64,000 bases of DNA, from the IMG/VR virus record IMGVR_UViG_3300044971_003100, positions 1,810 through 65,809 of that record. The stretch is one strand, 5' to 3'. The notes beneath the pieces were generated by a model. That model searched no databases and was not told where the DNA came from. It worked only from the letters and a program-made list of their open reading frames with translations. Position numbers and translations under genes: made by a program. The DNA comes from a virus. Its lineage: Duplodnaviria; Caudoviricetes. Positions 36,506 to 47,161 of the stretch are shown in pieces; within the stretch, counting starts at the first letter, position 1; every line of letters begins with the position of its first letter.

Positions 36506-36528
36506 AAAAAGCGCCCCCGGAGGGGCGC
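36506..36528 (-). terminator. intrinsic terminator
   Basis: GCGCCCC-tccg-GGGGCGC followed by T5. Confidence 0.8.
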
Positions 36529-36545
36529 CATCCGCAACGGCATTA

Positions 36546-36896
36546 TCAGCCGACGTTGTCCACGGCGTCGATGTAGCAGGCAACCAGGGTTGCGGTGCCA
36601 CCGAGATCGTAGTCAACGTTGTTGTTAGCGTCGCACAGCGAACCACGGATATGGGCGATGCCAACGCCGTTGACATCCAGGTCGTTGGCGTTGAAAACAA
36701 CAGACTCACCACCCACGTTGACGGTGATCTTGTTGGTACCACCATTGTCAATGCCACCGGCACCGATAACCACCACGCGAATAGTTTTGATGGTCTTCAG
36801 GTCGAGACCTGCGGCGGTCGGGGTGGCGGTCACTGCCATGGCAGCATCCAGGTCAAACTTCTCGCGGGGAAAAACACCAGTAGAACGTTGAGCCAT
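36546..36896 (-). CDS. putative capsid decoration/cement protein, copy 1
   Basis: Beta-rich 116 aa; paralog of 36987..37346; strong terminator downstream. The function is inferred. Confidence 0.6.
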   Translation of the reverse strand: MAQRSTGVFPREKFDLDAAMAVTATPTAAGLDLKTIKTIRVVVIGAGGIDNGGTNKITVNVGGESVVFNANDLDVNGVGIAHIRGSLCDANNNVDYDLGGTATLVACYIDAVDNVG

Positions 36897-36986
36897 GATA
36901 ATCTCCTAGAAAGAAAGAAAGGGAATGAAGGTAAACAGAATCCGCCTCGTGGAGTAGTGACGCGATTCCTAATTTAGAGTACCTAT

Positions 36987-37346
36987 TCAGCCGACGTTGT
37001 CGACAGCATCCAGGTAAACCGCCTCTGCGGAAGCTCCGTTGTAATAGTCCCACGATGTTCCGTTTTGGCCATCTTCGATGCTGGACCCACGAACGTGAGC
37101 AATTCCGACACCATTGGCGTCGATGTCTTCACCATAAAAGACCGTTTGCTTGCCGCCAGTGCTGACGCGGATGTAGCCGCCTTCACCGCCTTCTCCAAGA
37201 CCGTCTGCCCCGAGGACAATAATCCTCCAGGTGTTAACGCTGTTCAGGGGGATCGGCGACTGCGTGGTGTTATCCCACTGCACTTCCATTGCGGAATCCA
37301 GGTCAAACTTTTCCCTGGGGAAGACACCGGTAGAGCGTTGAGCCAT
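36987..37346 (-). CDS. putative capsid decoration/cement protein, copy 2
   Basis: Same N-terminus MAQRSTGVFPREKFDLD and C-terminus DAVDNVG as copy 1. Confidence 0.6.
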   Translation of the reverse strand: MAQRSTGVFPREKFDLDSAMEVQWDNTTQSPIPLNSVNTWRIIVLGADGLGEGGEGGYIRVSTGGKQTVFYGEDIDANGVGIAHVRGSSIEDGQNGTSWDYYNGASAEAVYLDAVDNVG

Positions 37347-37439
37347 GATAATTTCCTAGAATAGAACAAAATCCGCCCCGTGGAGTAGTGGCGCGATTCC
37401 TGTTATATGCTTCCTATTTGAACAGCGCGTAAGGCGTTG

Positions 37440-37856
37440 TTACGAATGACTGAATAATCTATTGTCGCCGCCAAAATCAAGAAACAAGCTGTTGCCGCTA
37501 TCGAGTGTTAAACTAGAACCGAAATCATACCACCCAATCAAGCGATCCTGATCGGAGCTGGAGTCATAAATCACAATATAGCGGAATGGCCCGCAGGTAC
37601 CGGTGGCGGTAAATGTAACATCCGAAACAATTAACTTGTATGTACCACTGGTCTGACTGGAAGAAGTAACAGGTAAAGTTATTCCGCCGGCATTGTATCC
37701 GCCACTTGGTGTAATCTCGGTAATATCAGAAAGTAGATTGTTTGATGTATTAGGGGCCGTGTTAGTAAAGGCCATCTTGATTACGGCCGTGGCAAAATTA
37801 TGCTTGCCCTCGTAAACATTTTCCGCGAAACAATTGAACTTTTTGTAAGTGGCCAT
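37440..37856 (-). CDS. virion structural (tail-associated) protein
   Basis: EITPSGGYNAGGITL...DVTFTA...YDFG; paralogous to 52244..52669. Confidence 0.7.
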   Translation of the reverse strand: MATYKKFNCFAENVYEGKHNFATAVIKMAFTNTAPNTSNNLLSDITEITPSGGYNAGGITLPVTSSSQTSGTYKLIVSDVTFTATGTCGPFRYIVIYDSSSDQDRLIGWYDFGSSLTLDSGNSLFLDFGGDNRLFSHS

Positions 37857-37862
37857 GGCGAT

Positions 37863-38657
37863 TTACACTAAAGGAAATGGTTCGGACGGTGGTGTGAACG
37901 TTCCCGTATAACGAGCTACGCCCTTGGTGATTCGAAACTCATCAATGTAGCCCTTGAAATTTTGTCCACTGGTGTGCGTCGAACTTGCGATCCTTAATGC
38001 GTTCGAACTAGAATTTATGGAGCCGCCAATGGTAGCTGTTTTGTTTGATACGCCGTTTATGTAGCAAACTATATTAGAACCACTGCGCACAAATGCTACA
38101 TGATTCCACTGCTGTTGAGGAAGATCAGTAGTGGAGAAATCACCAATGGAAATGTTGTTTATCCAGAGACCACCTCCACTGTGATATGGCCGGAACAACA
38201 GGCCGTTATGGTAATAACCAAGTTCAAAGACGGTCGGATATGAAGTCACTTGCGGACTGCTGCCCCACACCCAGCACTCTACTGTAAAATCTCCAGGAAA
38301 AGTAAAATCACTGGACCCACTGTATTCCAAGTAGGGACCACCGTTGGCAAAAAAGCTGGTGTCACCCTGTCTGGCTTGCGTATTTACAATAGTCGGACTG
38401 CCGACAAGTGTTGCGGTCTTGTTCCCTGAACTACGGTCTATGAAGGTACCGCTACCATTAGGGCCTTCCATGTCCAGCAGTAATACCACTGAACTAAAAT
38501 AAGGATCTGGTGTTATGGCATCACTTGTCACCGCAGGGTTTGAACCCACCAGGGAATACGACCCAGGATCAAGCGCCAACCTGTACCTGTTTGTACGTTG
38601 AGCTTGGGGGCGACCTAGCGGGTATATCTGGCCAACAAGTGGAGTGTATGGTGCCAT
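37863..38657 (-). CDS. LamG/ConA-like lectin domain tail protein
   Basis: DPYFSSVVLLL, DFTVECWV, WNHVAFVRSG, GYIDEFRITKGVARY. Confidence 0.85.
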   Translation of the reverse strand: MAPYTPLVGQIYPLGRPQAQRTNRYRLALDPGSYSLVGSNPAVTSDAITPDPYFSSVVLLLDMEGPNGSGTFIDRSSGNKTATLVGSPTIVNTQARQGDTSFFANGGPYLEYSGSSDFTFPGDFTVECWVWGSSPQVTSYPTVFELGYYHNGLLFRPYHSGGGLWINNISIGDFSTTDLPQQQWNHVAFVRSGSNIVCYINGVSNKTATIGGSINSSSNALRIASSTHTSGQNFKGYIDEFRITKGVARYTGTFTPPSEPFPLV

Positions 38658-38842
38658 CAGACTAATCCGAGGGGCCAGATCTGACCGACCAAGGGAAGTT
38701 CAGGGGGGGCACCCATTGTTATCTTGGTTGATAACGAGGCACTTATTGTCTTGACTCTGATCGCATTAACAGAAACTGCGGTCAGTTGGTTTGAGACATT
38801 CTGGTTAACGGATGGGCCGGAGATGTTGAATATCGCCATCAC
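38657..38842 (-). CDS. small structural protein
   Basis: 61 aa, coupled to both neighbours. Confidence 0.55.
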   Translation of the reverse strand: MMAIFNISGPSVNQNVSNQLTAVSVNAIRVKTISASLSTKITMGAPPELPLVGQIWPLGLV

Positions 38843-39885
38843 ACCACCCTCGCCAGGAACACAGGTGAGGCCCCGTCATTAACGGCGCCATTGTTTTCAT
38901 AGGTTACGGTTTCCCATTCCTCGACACCCGAACTGACGACAAATGTATCAAGCAGGGTGATATTGTTATTGGCGTAGTGCATGTACATGCCAAAATCAGC
39001 AGCCAGTGGGGTCGATGCAAATGCCGACCACGGCACCCCCGAGCAAATTGGGACGTAGTCCGAGGTAAAGGCTGGGTTGGTGCTGGAAAATCCTATGGGC
39101 AGGAGGGTGCAGGCGAGATAACCACTACCCATGTTTGAATAGTTAGGACCTGCCGAGTTATTCTGATACCCCAGGGCGCCATAAGAGTGGGTATAAAAGT
39201 TTATATTGTGGAAAATACCATTTCCGCTGCCACTGCCGGGACTTCCTCTTAGTGCGTAACCCGTAAGCAGTGATCTGCGTATGTTCTCGGGCATCCTGAA
39301 GCTTAAGAATCCACTCCTATTAGAGACGAAGGTATACAACTCGATAAATCCGCTGACAATTCCCTTGTTAAGATCCAGCCAAGAGTAGAGCGAGGTGTTT
39401 GCATGCAGTATGGTAAAGGGTCGGCTACGAGAAGTACCTGAGTGGTACAACATAAACCAACTCTGGTTAACATCAGCACCCGATGTATACCGAACGAGCC
39501 TTAACTCGGCTCCGGCGTTCGTGTTAAGCTCGATCCTGCTAGTAAACAGAAGGCTGCCTACGGTATAAACACTGTTGGGCAGTACGTGGTAATCGAGAGA
39601 CTGAGTTCCAGTGGGGACATGGTTGGTTGCATCCCACCCGCTGCACACAGACACCCCGACCCAGGTTGTCCCCTCAAAGTAAAAAACGTAGTAGGTTTTT
39701 CCGTAGGTCTTTGTGGGGTCGTAATCCACCTCCAGTACTCTGACCGGAAAATTATTTGAGTTGTTGAATGAGTCGTACCACTCGGTCATCAACCCAGCGT
39801 CGATGAACGCCGACCGGTAAATACCAGTCAGTTGTGAGGCTGTCCAGCCTGCCGAGAGCGTGTAGGTTTGCTTGGTAACAGCCAT
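38839..39885 (-). CDS. putative tail fibre / receptor-binding protein
   Basis: 348-aa Ser/Thr/Gly/aromatic-rich ORF in the fibre cluster. Confidence 0.6.
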   Translation of the reverse strand: MAVTKQTYTLSAGWTASQLTGIYRSAFIDAGLMTEWYDSFNNSNNFPVRVLEVDYDPTKTYGKTYYVFYFEGTTWVGVSVCSGWDATNHVPTGTQSLDYHVLPNSVYTVGSLLFTSRIELNTNAGAELRLVRYTSGADVNQSWFMLYHSGTSRSRPFTILHANTSLYSWLDLNKGIVSGFIELYTFVSNRSGFLSFRMPENIRRSLLTGYALRGSPGSGSGNGIFHNINFYTHSYGALGYQNNSAGPNYSNMGSGYLACTLLPIGFSSTNPAFTSDYVPICSGVPWSAFASTPLAADFGMYMHYANNNITLLDTFVVSSGVEEWETVTYENNGAVNDGASPVFLARVV

Positions 39886-39887
39886 GA

Positions 39888-41042
39888 TCAGGATTCCAGA
39901 GTCAGAACAGTAAAGTCGATTTCTATTGCCTGTGCAGAGTCATCCAGGTTTTTGACCCGCACATAAGCATTCCCAGATGTTCCCTGTACCACTGGTACCG
40001 GGGAAAACCTGATGGTTTGAGGGGATGCAACAGTTGCCAATTCGGCATAGTAATCATTTCCCGACCCAGGAGGAATTCCCCCAGGGGCGGTTCTGGTATC
40101 GGCAGCTCTAGCGGTAGATGTTCCGTAAACACGAATCCATGCGGGCGTAGATGCGCCAATCGCCAGCAGGTTAAATACATTGCCACCCGCCAGGGTGATG
40201 TCATCGTAGTCCCCGGCAGCAAGTAGTGGCGTGGTATAAGACAGGGTTGTGGAGCCTAGCGATCCACCACCACCACCACCTCCTCCTCCATCTTGGCCAC
40301 GCGCCGCGAGCTTGGTCCAGAAAGTTCCCTCGGATGGCGTGTCACCGACGTTGCCACCATTGGCGTTGATCCGGTACCAGGTCTCCCCGTCATAGGTCGC
40401 AACATCGCCGACTGCGTAGTCCAGGCCACCGTTATACGATCCCCGGAAGTTCCAGAGTGCGTCGGCACCTGGGTCGCCGGTCATACCAACGCCAGTTGCA
40501 CCAACAGCGCCCGTAGCGCCAGTAACACCAGCAACACCCGTGGCACCAGTTACGCCGACGCCGGTAGCTCCGGTCACGCCAACGCCGGTTGCACCAGTGG
40601 GACCCGCGACGCCTGTAGCACCTGTAGTACCTTGAACACCTGTTGCTCCCGTAATTCCAACAACTCCTGTGGCACCTGTTATTCCTACACCTGTGGCACC
40701 TGTTGGTCCTGTGATTCCCACACCAGTGGCACCCGTGACTCCCGCTATGCCAGTAGCGCCAGCGTCACCCGTAACACCAGTGGCTCCAGTGATACCAGTG
40801 GCACCGGTGACACCAGTAACGCCGGTCACGCCCACGTCGCCGGTAGGCCCGACAGAGCCGGTTGCCCCCTGGGCACCAGTAGACCCCATCACGCCGGTTG
40901 CACCCTGTACGCCAGTGGGCCCAGAAGCACCCTGTGGGCCTTGCGGGCCAACGTCAGAAATCGTTACTGTTTCAACAACGGCATCAGCGCCAACTGCAAC
41001 AGCAGCGACATTGGTGACAATTTGTACGGTAATATCGGGCAT
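39888..41042 (-). CDS. collagen-like (G-X-T) fibre protein with carbohydrate-binding-like module
   Basis: Long [12 protein letters not shown] triplet run, then [15 protein letters not shown] and poly-Gly. Confidence 0.85.
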   Translation of the reverse strand: MPDITVQIVTNVAAVAVGADAVVETVTISDVGPQGPQGASGPTGVQGATGVMGSTGAQGATGSVGPTGDVGVTGVTGVTGATGITGATGVTGDAGATGIAGVTGATGVGITGPTGATGVGITGATGVVGITGATGVQGTTGATGVAGPTGATGVGVTGATGVGVTGATGVAGVTGATGAVGATGVGMTGDPGADALWNFRGSYNGGLDYAVGDVATYDGETWYRINANGGNVGDTPSEGTFWTKLAARGQDGGGGGGGGGSLGSTTLSYTTPLLAAGDYDDITLAGGNVFNLLAIGASTPAWIRVYGTSTARAADTRTAPGGIPPGSGNDYYAELATVASPQTIRFSPVPVVQGTSGNAYVRVKNLDDSAQAIEIDFTVLTLES

Positions 41043-41374
41043 CAGCCTGCATCCTCTGGAGCGGTTAAACCAGGATCAATGGAAACAGAGCCTTCCAGCC
41101 AGTAATCCCTGCTGTTATCTGCGTATTCAACCATTAAATCCCAAACAGCTCCTTTCCTGAGTGGCGTCGTATCTTCCCAGCTTAGTGCCATCAAAAACTC
41201 ACCAGTGGCGGCATTCGTTATCGTTATTTCAAAATCAGCTATTTTCTTTCGTCTTTTTAGTGAGTCCCAGATCTGTGCGTAAACAGCATGGCCACTCAGG
41301 TCGATACCAAGAGTGATTTGGCGCTCAAAGGTTGCCCTTTGATGGACTGTAATATCGTATCGACCTGGAACCAC
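41042..41374 (-). CDS. tail-associated structural protein
   Basis: [11 protein letters not shown]...WDLMVE...YWLEGSV pattern. Confidence 0.65.
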   Translation of the reverse strand: MVPGRYDITVHQRATFERQITLGIDLSGHAVYAQIWDSLKRRKKIADFEITITNAATGEFLMALSWEDTTPLRKGAVWDLMVEYADNSRDYWLEGSVSIDPGLTAPEDAG

Positions 41375-41435
41375 AGAAATATTTCAACTAGATTAGTTTA
41401 CCGTATAGCCAGTTACTTTCAATTCTAACCAGTAG

Positions 41436-43034
41436 TTATGGCTTTTTGAATATCATTGCATTTTGAACAAACCATCCCATATGGTAACCGTTTGATAAAT
41501 ACTCGATCATTTCAGTTTCAAGCTTTTCGTCACGCACAAGACCATTGGCTTCCAACAGTTCCTGCCAGAATTCCTTTGGTTGGCAGTTAACATGTCCGAC
41601 GCCGCCTTGACCTGGGTGGGCTGCAGACCATATCAAGATACCCGGTCTCCTGACGCTATCGCATACAGAGCGAGCAACCTCTGCCGATAGTTCCTTGTCA
41701 ATATGTTCGGCGACCTCAAGACATAGCACCAATTCTGCCGTCGCCTTGCTGTCAAACATGCTACGTCGATACAGATGCGGTATGCTGTCGACGCGTTCAT
41801 CGATATCAATACCAACGGCTTCCAATCCGAGATTACGAAGTGAGCGAACATACGTCCCTGGACCGCATCCAATATCCAGGCAATGGACTGGACCGATGTT
41901 TTCTTTTATCCATGCCGCCAGGCGATCAGCAAAGGGCTTTTCTTCTGTTTCGATTTCCGTATAGTTGAAATAACTTACTTCGTACCATCCCTTACGATAC
42001 AGATCATTTATTTGCCTGAAGATTTTGTCGTATTTGGCACCACACGCTTCCAGGCTGTATTTGGCACGGGCGGTATCGGCGATAAACTTCCTGTCCAGGT
42101 CGCCAACCGCATCGGCTGCTTCCAACCAGTCCTGCAGGGTGTGACAACGGAAACCCATCCCCGGCTGCACGGTTTCCGTCATCGCCCCGTAATCCACTGA
42201 GATGACAGGCGTCCCACACAACATTGCCTCAACGGCCATGCCACAAAATGGCTCAGTAAATACCGTTGGTGCAAGCAGCGCCCTGGCACCACCCAAGAAG
42301 TTACTGCGGGCACGACCACTCAGGGGGCCTTTGTATTCGATGTTGGGATGAGCCCACTTGTCTGGGCTCCCTTGGCCGTGCAGGACGATTGGATACCTCA
42401 GGTAGTCAGCCATGGCACGCAACGTATCCATGCCCTTCAGGCTGGTGATACGTCCCAAGAACGCGTAGTATTGACCAGGCTCGTAGTTCGGATCCCAATC
42501 ATCCAAGTCGTAGTAATTTGGTACAACCCATTCATAGTTGCGACCATTTCTGTTTTCCTTGCCCTGATGGTAGTGCATCCAGGCATAGCTTTCAAATATC
42601 CTGAAGCTGGATGGCATCAGCGTCGGATATCCAATACCGGTTTCTACATGTTGGTTATCGGGGAATTCTTCCATCAGGCGCTGGTGGGCGTGGCCAAACG
42701 GATGACACACGATGTCCTGAGGTTGAATGCGTTCCCTGAGTTCATCAACCAGGCGAGATTCAAAAGCAGTATGTCCAGCGCTTCCTATAGTGGCATCGTC
42801 GCCATAAAAGTCAGTTGACTTGCGTGATCCATACAGTGCATCAAACTCACTGGCATTCAGTATTTGCACGTGTTCGTCCGCCGTGCTTTCACTGCCTTCG
42901 TTGCTGTATTCAATGACATGATGACCATATTTTTGCATCATCTTGGGAAAGCGCAGCGCTTTACCGGTAAAGGCGCAGTGGCTAAATGATGCTTTATGCT
43001 TGGTGTGGAATATGCCGACCAAATGTAAGCGCAT
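41436..43034 (-). CDS. GT-B (GT4-like) glycosyltransferase fused to a class I SAM methyltransferase
   Basis: FLGRITSLKG, EPFCGMAVEAMLCGTPVI; C-terminal CLDIGCGPG and CLEVAEH. Confidence 0.88.
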   Translation of the reverse strand: MRLHLVGIFHTKHKASFSHCAFTGKALRFPKMMQKYGHHVIEYSNEGSESTADEHVQILNASEFDALYGSRKSTDFYGDDATIGSAGHTAFESRLVDELRERIQPQDIVCHPFGHAHQRLMEEFPDNQHVETGIGYPTLMPSSFRIFESYAWMHYHQGKENRNGRNYEWVVPNYYDLDDWDPNYEPGQYYAFLGRITSLKGMDTLRAMADYLRYPIVLHGQGSPDKWAHPNIEYKGPLSGRARSNFLGGARALLAPTVFTEPFCGMAVEAMLCGTPVISVDYGAMTETVQPGMGFRCHTLQDWLEAADAVGDLDRKFIADTARAKYSLEACGAKYDKIFRQINDLYRKGWYEVSYFNYTEIETEEKPFADRLAAWIKENIGPVHCLDIGCGPGTYVRSLRNLGLEAVGIDIDERVDSIPHLYRRSMFDSKATAELVLCLEVAEHIDKELSAEVARSVCDSVRRPGILIWSAAHPGQGGVGHVNCQPKEFWQELLEANGLVRDEKLETEMIEYLSNGYHMGWFVQNAMIFKKP

Positions 43035-43125
43035 GCGCTGGTCTGAATCTGGTTACAGTGTAGCGGATGGCGACTATACTGCGGTAACTGGCTGTCACCG
43101 CAGTTTTTGCATCAGGCTTTCCGGC

Positions 43126-44070
43126 TTACCACGAGTGAATCAGCACTAGGCCGGGGCCGCCGTTGCCGCCCGCGCCACCGCCGCCTGTTGTTCCACCAGC
43201 GCCGCCACCGCCACCGCCGGAGCCAGGCCCGCCGGTGCCGCCGTGACCGCCGAGCGCATTGCCGCTATTGGAGCCGCCGCCACTTCCACCACAAGACAGC
43301 AGGGGAGTATGTCGCCGGTGCCCAGGAGAGCCGTTGCCCGCGGTTGCGCCAGCGGCGCCTCCTGATAATGCTGTGAAAAGGATTAAAGTATCAAATTGAA
43401 GGGAGGGCGCTGCGATAGCGCCGCCCGCGCCAGTTGAACCCCCACCTCCTCCAGCACCGCCAGATAAAAGTATCCCGGTTGTGGGATAGGTAATTGAGGC
43501 ACCTGCTCCGTTAGCAACTGCGCCGCCTGCAGCACCATTCTGTCCAGCGAAGCTAGTAAAAATTCCTAGCGAGGCCATGCGGCAACTACCAGCTACCGTA
43601 ATAGCGCTGCCCGCGCTGCCGCCGCCGCCGACAACTGTTGCACTTGCTGCGCCACCCGGACTTCCGTTATTCCCGACACAAACGTTGTAAAAAGCCGTAT
43701 TGATGGGAGCTATGGAGACAATACTGTTCGAGCCATTTACTCCAGCATTACTGGTAGTTGTTGAAGACGCGCCTCCTCTTCCTCCAGCTCCAGGCTGAAC
43801 GTACAAAATATCAGGCAATAGTGCGGCCGGAATTAGCGTGGTTGAAACGCTGCCACTTCCACCACCACCGCCTCCTCCCCTGGCGGTATTGGTAGCGCTT
43901 GGAAATCCACTGCTACCACCACCACCAGGGCCAATGCACATGATGTGAATCATGCTAATCCCGGCAGGTTTCTCCCAAGTCAGCCAGTTCTCGTTGGTAG
44001 TGTAAGAAGAACCCGGAAAAGCGCTCAAGTAACCTGTTTGAGCTTTTGGAATGTCAAATAGGTTGAGCAT
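43126..44070 (-). CDS. glycine-rich tail protein
   Basis: TWEKPAG...MCIGPGGGG and extensive Gly-rich repeats. Confidence 0.8.
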   Translation of the reverse strand: MLNLFDIPKAQTGYLSAFPGSSYTTNENWLTWEKPAGISMIHIMCIGPGGGGSSGFPSATNTARGGGGGGGSGSVSTTLIPAALLPDILYVQPGAGGRGGASSTTTSNAGVNGSNSIVSIAPINTAFYNVCVGNNGSPGGAASATVVGGGGSAGSAITVAGSCRMASLGIFTSFAGQNGAAGGAVANGAGASITYPTTGILLSGGAGGGGGSTGAGGAIAAPSLQFDTLILFTALSGGAAGATAGNGSPGHRRHTPLLSCGGSGGGSNSGNALGGHGGTGGPGSGGGGGGAGGTTGGGGAGGNGGPGLVLIHSW

Positions 44071-44522
44071 TAGTAGTTACCCCCGATTACAACTGCGTGC
44101 CAGTTGGCGTTGGTGGTTTGAGCAACGGACTGGGTTACTAAGATGTACCTGCTGGTCGGGATTGCAAAATTCAAAGGAATTTCAATCGGGTATGGTGCTG
44201 CTGTGACCAGCGTAATTGTTTGCGGTGCGGCATGGACTTGAGCGATCAAGTCAGTGTTGGCTGAAGTTGTCGCACCAGTGTTGATGGTGGACAAATACAC
44301 CTGCAATGTTGTGGCGACGGGAGAGATAACACCAGTGGTTGAAACGAAGGAGAAGCGGATCTTTTGCAGATAGGAGCCGTCTGCGCCGGAAGTGAACGCC
44401 AGGAAGCAGTTGGTCCCGATGGTGCCGGGGGCGCTGGTGTTGACGTTTGCAACCGTGTTTGTGATGTCAGCGCCTGAGACGTTGGGGGTCAGCGTCCAGA
44501 TCGGTGAGGTGTTTGCGGCCAT
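44070..44522 (-). CDS. virion structural protein
   Basis: MAANTSPIWTLTPN...VIGGNY. Confidence 0.65.
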   Translation of the reverse strand: MAANTSPIWTLTPNVSGADITNTVANVNTSAPGTIGTNCFLAFTSGADGSYLQKIRFSFVSTTGVISPVATTLQVYLSTINTGATTSANTDLIAQVHAAPQTITLVTAAPYPIEIPLNFAIPTSRYILVTQSVAQTTNANWHAVVIGGNY

Positions 44523-44540
44523 GATGACTACAGGCGGGGG

Positions 44541-47132
44541 TCAGGGCATTGCTGCACCGTACTGGGCAGCAAGAAGTCGGCCATAAACGACCGGATTAAC
44601 TGTTAATAACATACCATTACTTGAAATGGTAATATCTCCTTTATTGCCATCCGCTATGACGCCAGTGGGACCGGTAGCACCGCTTACGCCAACAACACCC
44701 GTTGCTCCAGTGACTCCATCGACCCCTGTGGCGCCCGTTACACCAACAGCCCCAGTGGCGCCGGTAATGCCAACGACACCTGTAGCACCAGTTACGCCAA
44801 CAACGCCGGTCGGTCCGGTCGCGCCAGAGACGCCAATTGCTCCGCTAGGACCAGTCGGTCCATCTACGCCAGTTGGACCAGTTGGGCCCCCTGGACCAGT
44901 CGCTCCAGTAATGCCAACAGGGCCAGTCGGTCCATCTACGCCAGTTGGACCAGTTGGGCCCTGGGGGCCCACATAGCCCAACGTAACAGCGGTCCTCCAG
45001 GAGCTAGGCGTTGTACCAGAATGCACAAAGTGTGCAGTTATATTGCTGCTGCTGGTGGTCTTTGCGTATACTTTTGTTACAATACGGTCGCTGGGGTCGA
45101 TTACATTGGGCTGAGTGTTGACCAGGATTTCATTATAGTAACTGGCTGCAGTTGCATCAATCTCAGGTGAATCCAAATAGAATAACTGAGTTTCGGTGCC
45201 ATTCGTAGCACGTCTGTAGACACGGAACACAAGCCGCGTGTCGCCATCGTTGCTCGATACATAGCCCCAAAAGCGAATCTCATACTCACCGGTTGGCAGT
45301 TCTTCGAGATCGGGGTCACCAACGGCGGTGGCAAACTCATTGATCAGTACCTCACCACTGGAGCTAGTGACAACAGCGGTCATATCATCTTGCGGCGCCG
45401 AATCGGGCGAATCTGGCTGCAATGTTTCATATCCACTGATATCAGAAGCTGCTTGCGCAAAATACCAAATTCTGCCACTTGCGCTGATACCAGCAACACC
45501 AGTTGGGCCAGTTGAGCCAATCGGACCGGTAGGGCCAGTGGGACCACTGGGACCGACAATGCCGGTGGCGCCGGACACGCCAACTACACCAGTGGCGCCA
45601 GTAATTCCAATTGGTCCAGTTGGACCCGTGGGGCCCGTAGGCCCGGTGGGGCCGCTTGGTCCTTCGATACCAGTGGCGCCAGTGATACCAATAGGGCCTG
45701 TAGGGCCAGTTGGCCCAGTGGGTCCGCTGGGACCGACCACACCAGTAGCACCAGTGACACCAATGGGCCCAGTCGGTCCAGTTGGGCCACTTGCTCCAGT
45801 CGGACCATCCACTCCAGTTGGCCCGGTAATGCCAATCGGCCCAGTCGGGCCCACGGGTCCGGTAATACCTGTTGGTCCCTCGATGCCGGTAGGACCGGTC
45901 TCTCCGATGCCTGTTGCACCAGTGGCACCGATAGCACCGGTAGCGCCCACTGGACCCGTCGCACCCACCTGGCCGGTAATTGAAATACCTGCTTGCGTGT
46001 AACGCAGATCAGAGACACCCCTGAGCCTGGCGGCGATTGCGTTGCCGTATGCACCGCATTGATAGATCAGTTGATATAATGGTCTGAATTCAAGCGAAGG
46101 GAATCCCGTCAGGTTAAGCGTAGACCAGGTCTCGGTTTGAGCGGCAGCTAAGTTGTTGTGCTGCTCCTGACCAAGAATACAGACAACAGGGTGGTTTAAG
46201 TTGTTTGTAGCAATAACAAATACGCAGACATATTTGTTAGCAGCAACATCAACTGCGCTCCATGATCCACCAATCCCCTCTAGGTTATATTGTGGCCTGA
46301 GGGTACCAGCCTTCAGTGGATATTCAGAAGCGACATCAAGTGTCCACGAAGTAGCATTTCTCCATAAGACTGGGATCAGCGCGGGCCCCTGTAAATCTTG
46401 TTGCCATGTATTAGGAACAGGATCGGCGGAATGGGTGACATCTATTTCAATGTCTTCATCAAAAAATACTCCATTTTCCAGGCTGACTTGCGCATCTGCA
46501 TTTATTGCACCGCCGCCAGTTACGGTGTAACTTACCAGCTCCAGCCCTCTTGCAAACGCAGCACCGCGTGTCCTGTGCAGGTATTCATGCGTCTGCCAGT
46601 CCAGCACAATGCCGTGACGCTCATCGCCAAAATATACAGCTTGGTTTGTATCGCCGTTCCAGTAAATGTAAGCCGTTGGCGCCTGGTATTCCAGATCAAA
46701 AAATGATGTCTGGTATTGCAGGTCACCATTTTCATCAAAATACACATAATACAGCCCAGTCGCATCAGGTATAGTTACAGTTTGCTCGCTGAAGTATGTG
46801 TGCTTGATGCCGCGACACCATACGTCAAATGATGCACTGGTCGGCTCAATTGTAAATACTCGCTCGCCGCTGTCAAATGAAATGTTGCTATCTGCGCGAT
46901 TGGCGTGACCCATCGGTTCGCCAGTTTGGTCAATGCCAATTATTTCACGCACCAAAGATGAACTGACGCCACCAGAAGCCAGTGTCAGGGCGCCATTCTC
47001 TTTTACATATAACGTATCTTGATCTTGCGCAAAACAAATTTCACCTTCCCAAAGATCCGCTACAGATGCCAACAGATCTGCATACAGACCACGGGCAATT
47101 CTGATTGGATTTCTGGGCGAAGGCGTGGTCAT
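44541..47132 (-). CDS. collagen-like tail fibre protein
   Basis: 863 aa with two G-X-T/G-P-X collagen tracts separated by globular domains. Confidence 0.85.
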   Translation of the reverse strand: MTTPSPRNPIRIARGLYADLLASVADLWEGEICFAQDQDTLYVKENGALTLASGGVSSSLVREIIGIDQTGEPMGHANRADSNISFDSGERVFTIEPTSASFDVWCRGIKHTYFSEQTVTIPDATGLYYVYFDENGDLQYQTSFFDLEYQAPTAYIYWNGDTNQAVYFGDERHGIVLDWQTHEYLHRTRGAAFARGLELVSYTVTGGGAINADAQVSLENGVFFDEDIEIDVTHSADPVPNTWQQDLQGPALIPVLWRNATSWTLDVASEYPLKAGTLRPQYNLEGIGGSWSAVDVAANKYVCVFVIATNNLNHPVVCILGQEQHNNLAAAQTETWSTLNLTGFPSLEFRPLYQLIYQCGAYGNAIAARLRGVSDLRYTQAGISITGQVGATGPVGATGAIGATGATGIGETGPTGIEGPTGITGPVGPTGPIGITGPTGVDGPTGASGPTGPTGPIGVTGATGVVGPSGPTGPTGPTGPIGITGATGIEGPSGPTGPTGPTGPTGPIGITGATGVVGVSGATGIVGPSGPTGPTGPIGSTGPTGVAGISASGRIWYFAQAASDISGYETLQPDSPDSAPQDDMTAVVTSSSGEVLINEFATAVGDPDLEELPTGEYEIRFWGYVSSNDGDTRLVFRVYRRATNGTETQLFYLDSPEIDATAASYYNEILVNTQPNVIDPSDRIVTKVYAKTTSSSNITAHFVHSGTTPSSWRTAVTLGYVGPQGPTGPTGVDGPTGPVGITGATGPGGPTGPTGVDGPTGPSGAIGVSGATGPTGVVGVTGATGVVGITGATGAVGVTGATGVDGVTGATGVVGVSGATGPTGVIADGNKGDITISSNGMLLTVNPVVYGRLLAAQYGAAMP

Positions 47133-47161
47133 ACTTTTCGTGAATCAGAATAGTTTTCCTG

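Noticed and set aside
44851-44960. Exact ~39-nt duplication inside the collagen tract as a diversity-generating retroelement repeat
   Set aside because: It is a simple in-frame collagen repeat expansion; there is no reverse transcriptase and no adenine-specific mismatch pattern.
40293-46054. Long antisense or alternate-frame ORFs over the collagen genes (e.g. 40293..41105, 40669..41160, 45328..46002)
   Set aside because: These are shadows of G-X-T codon periodicity.
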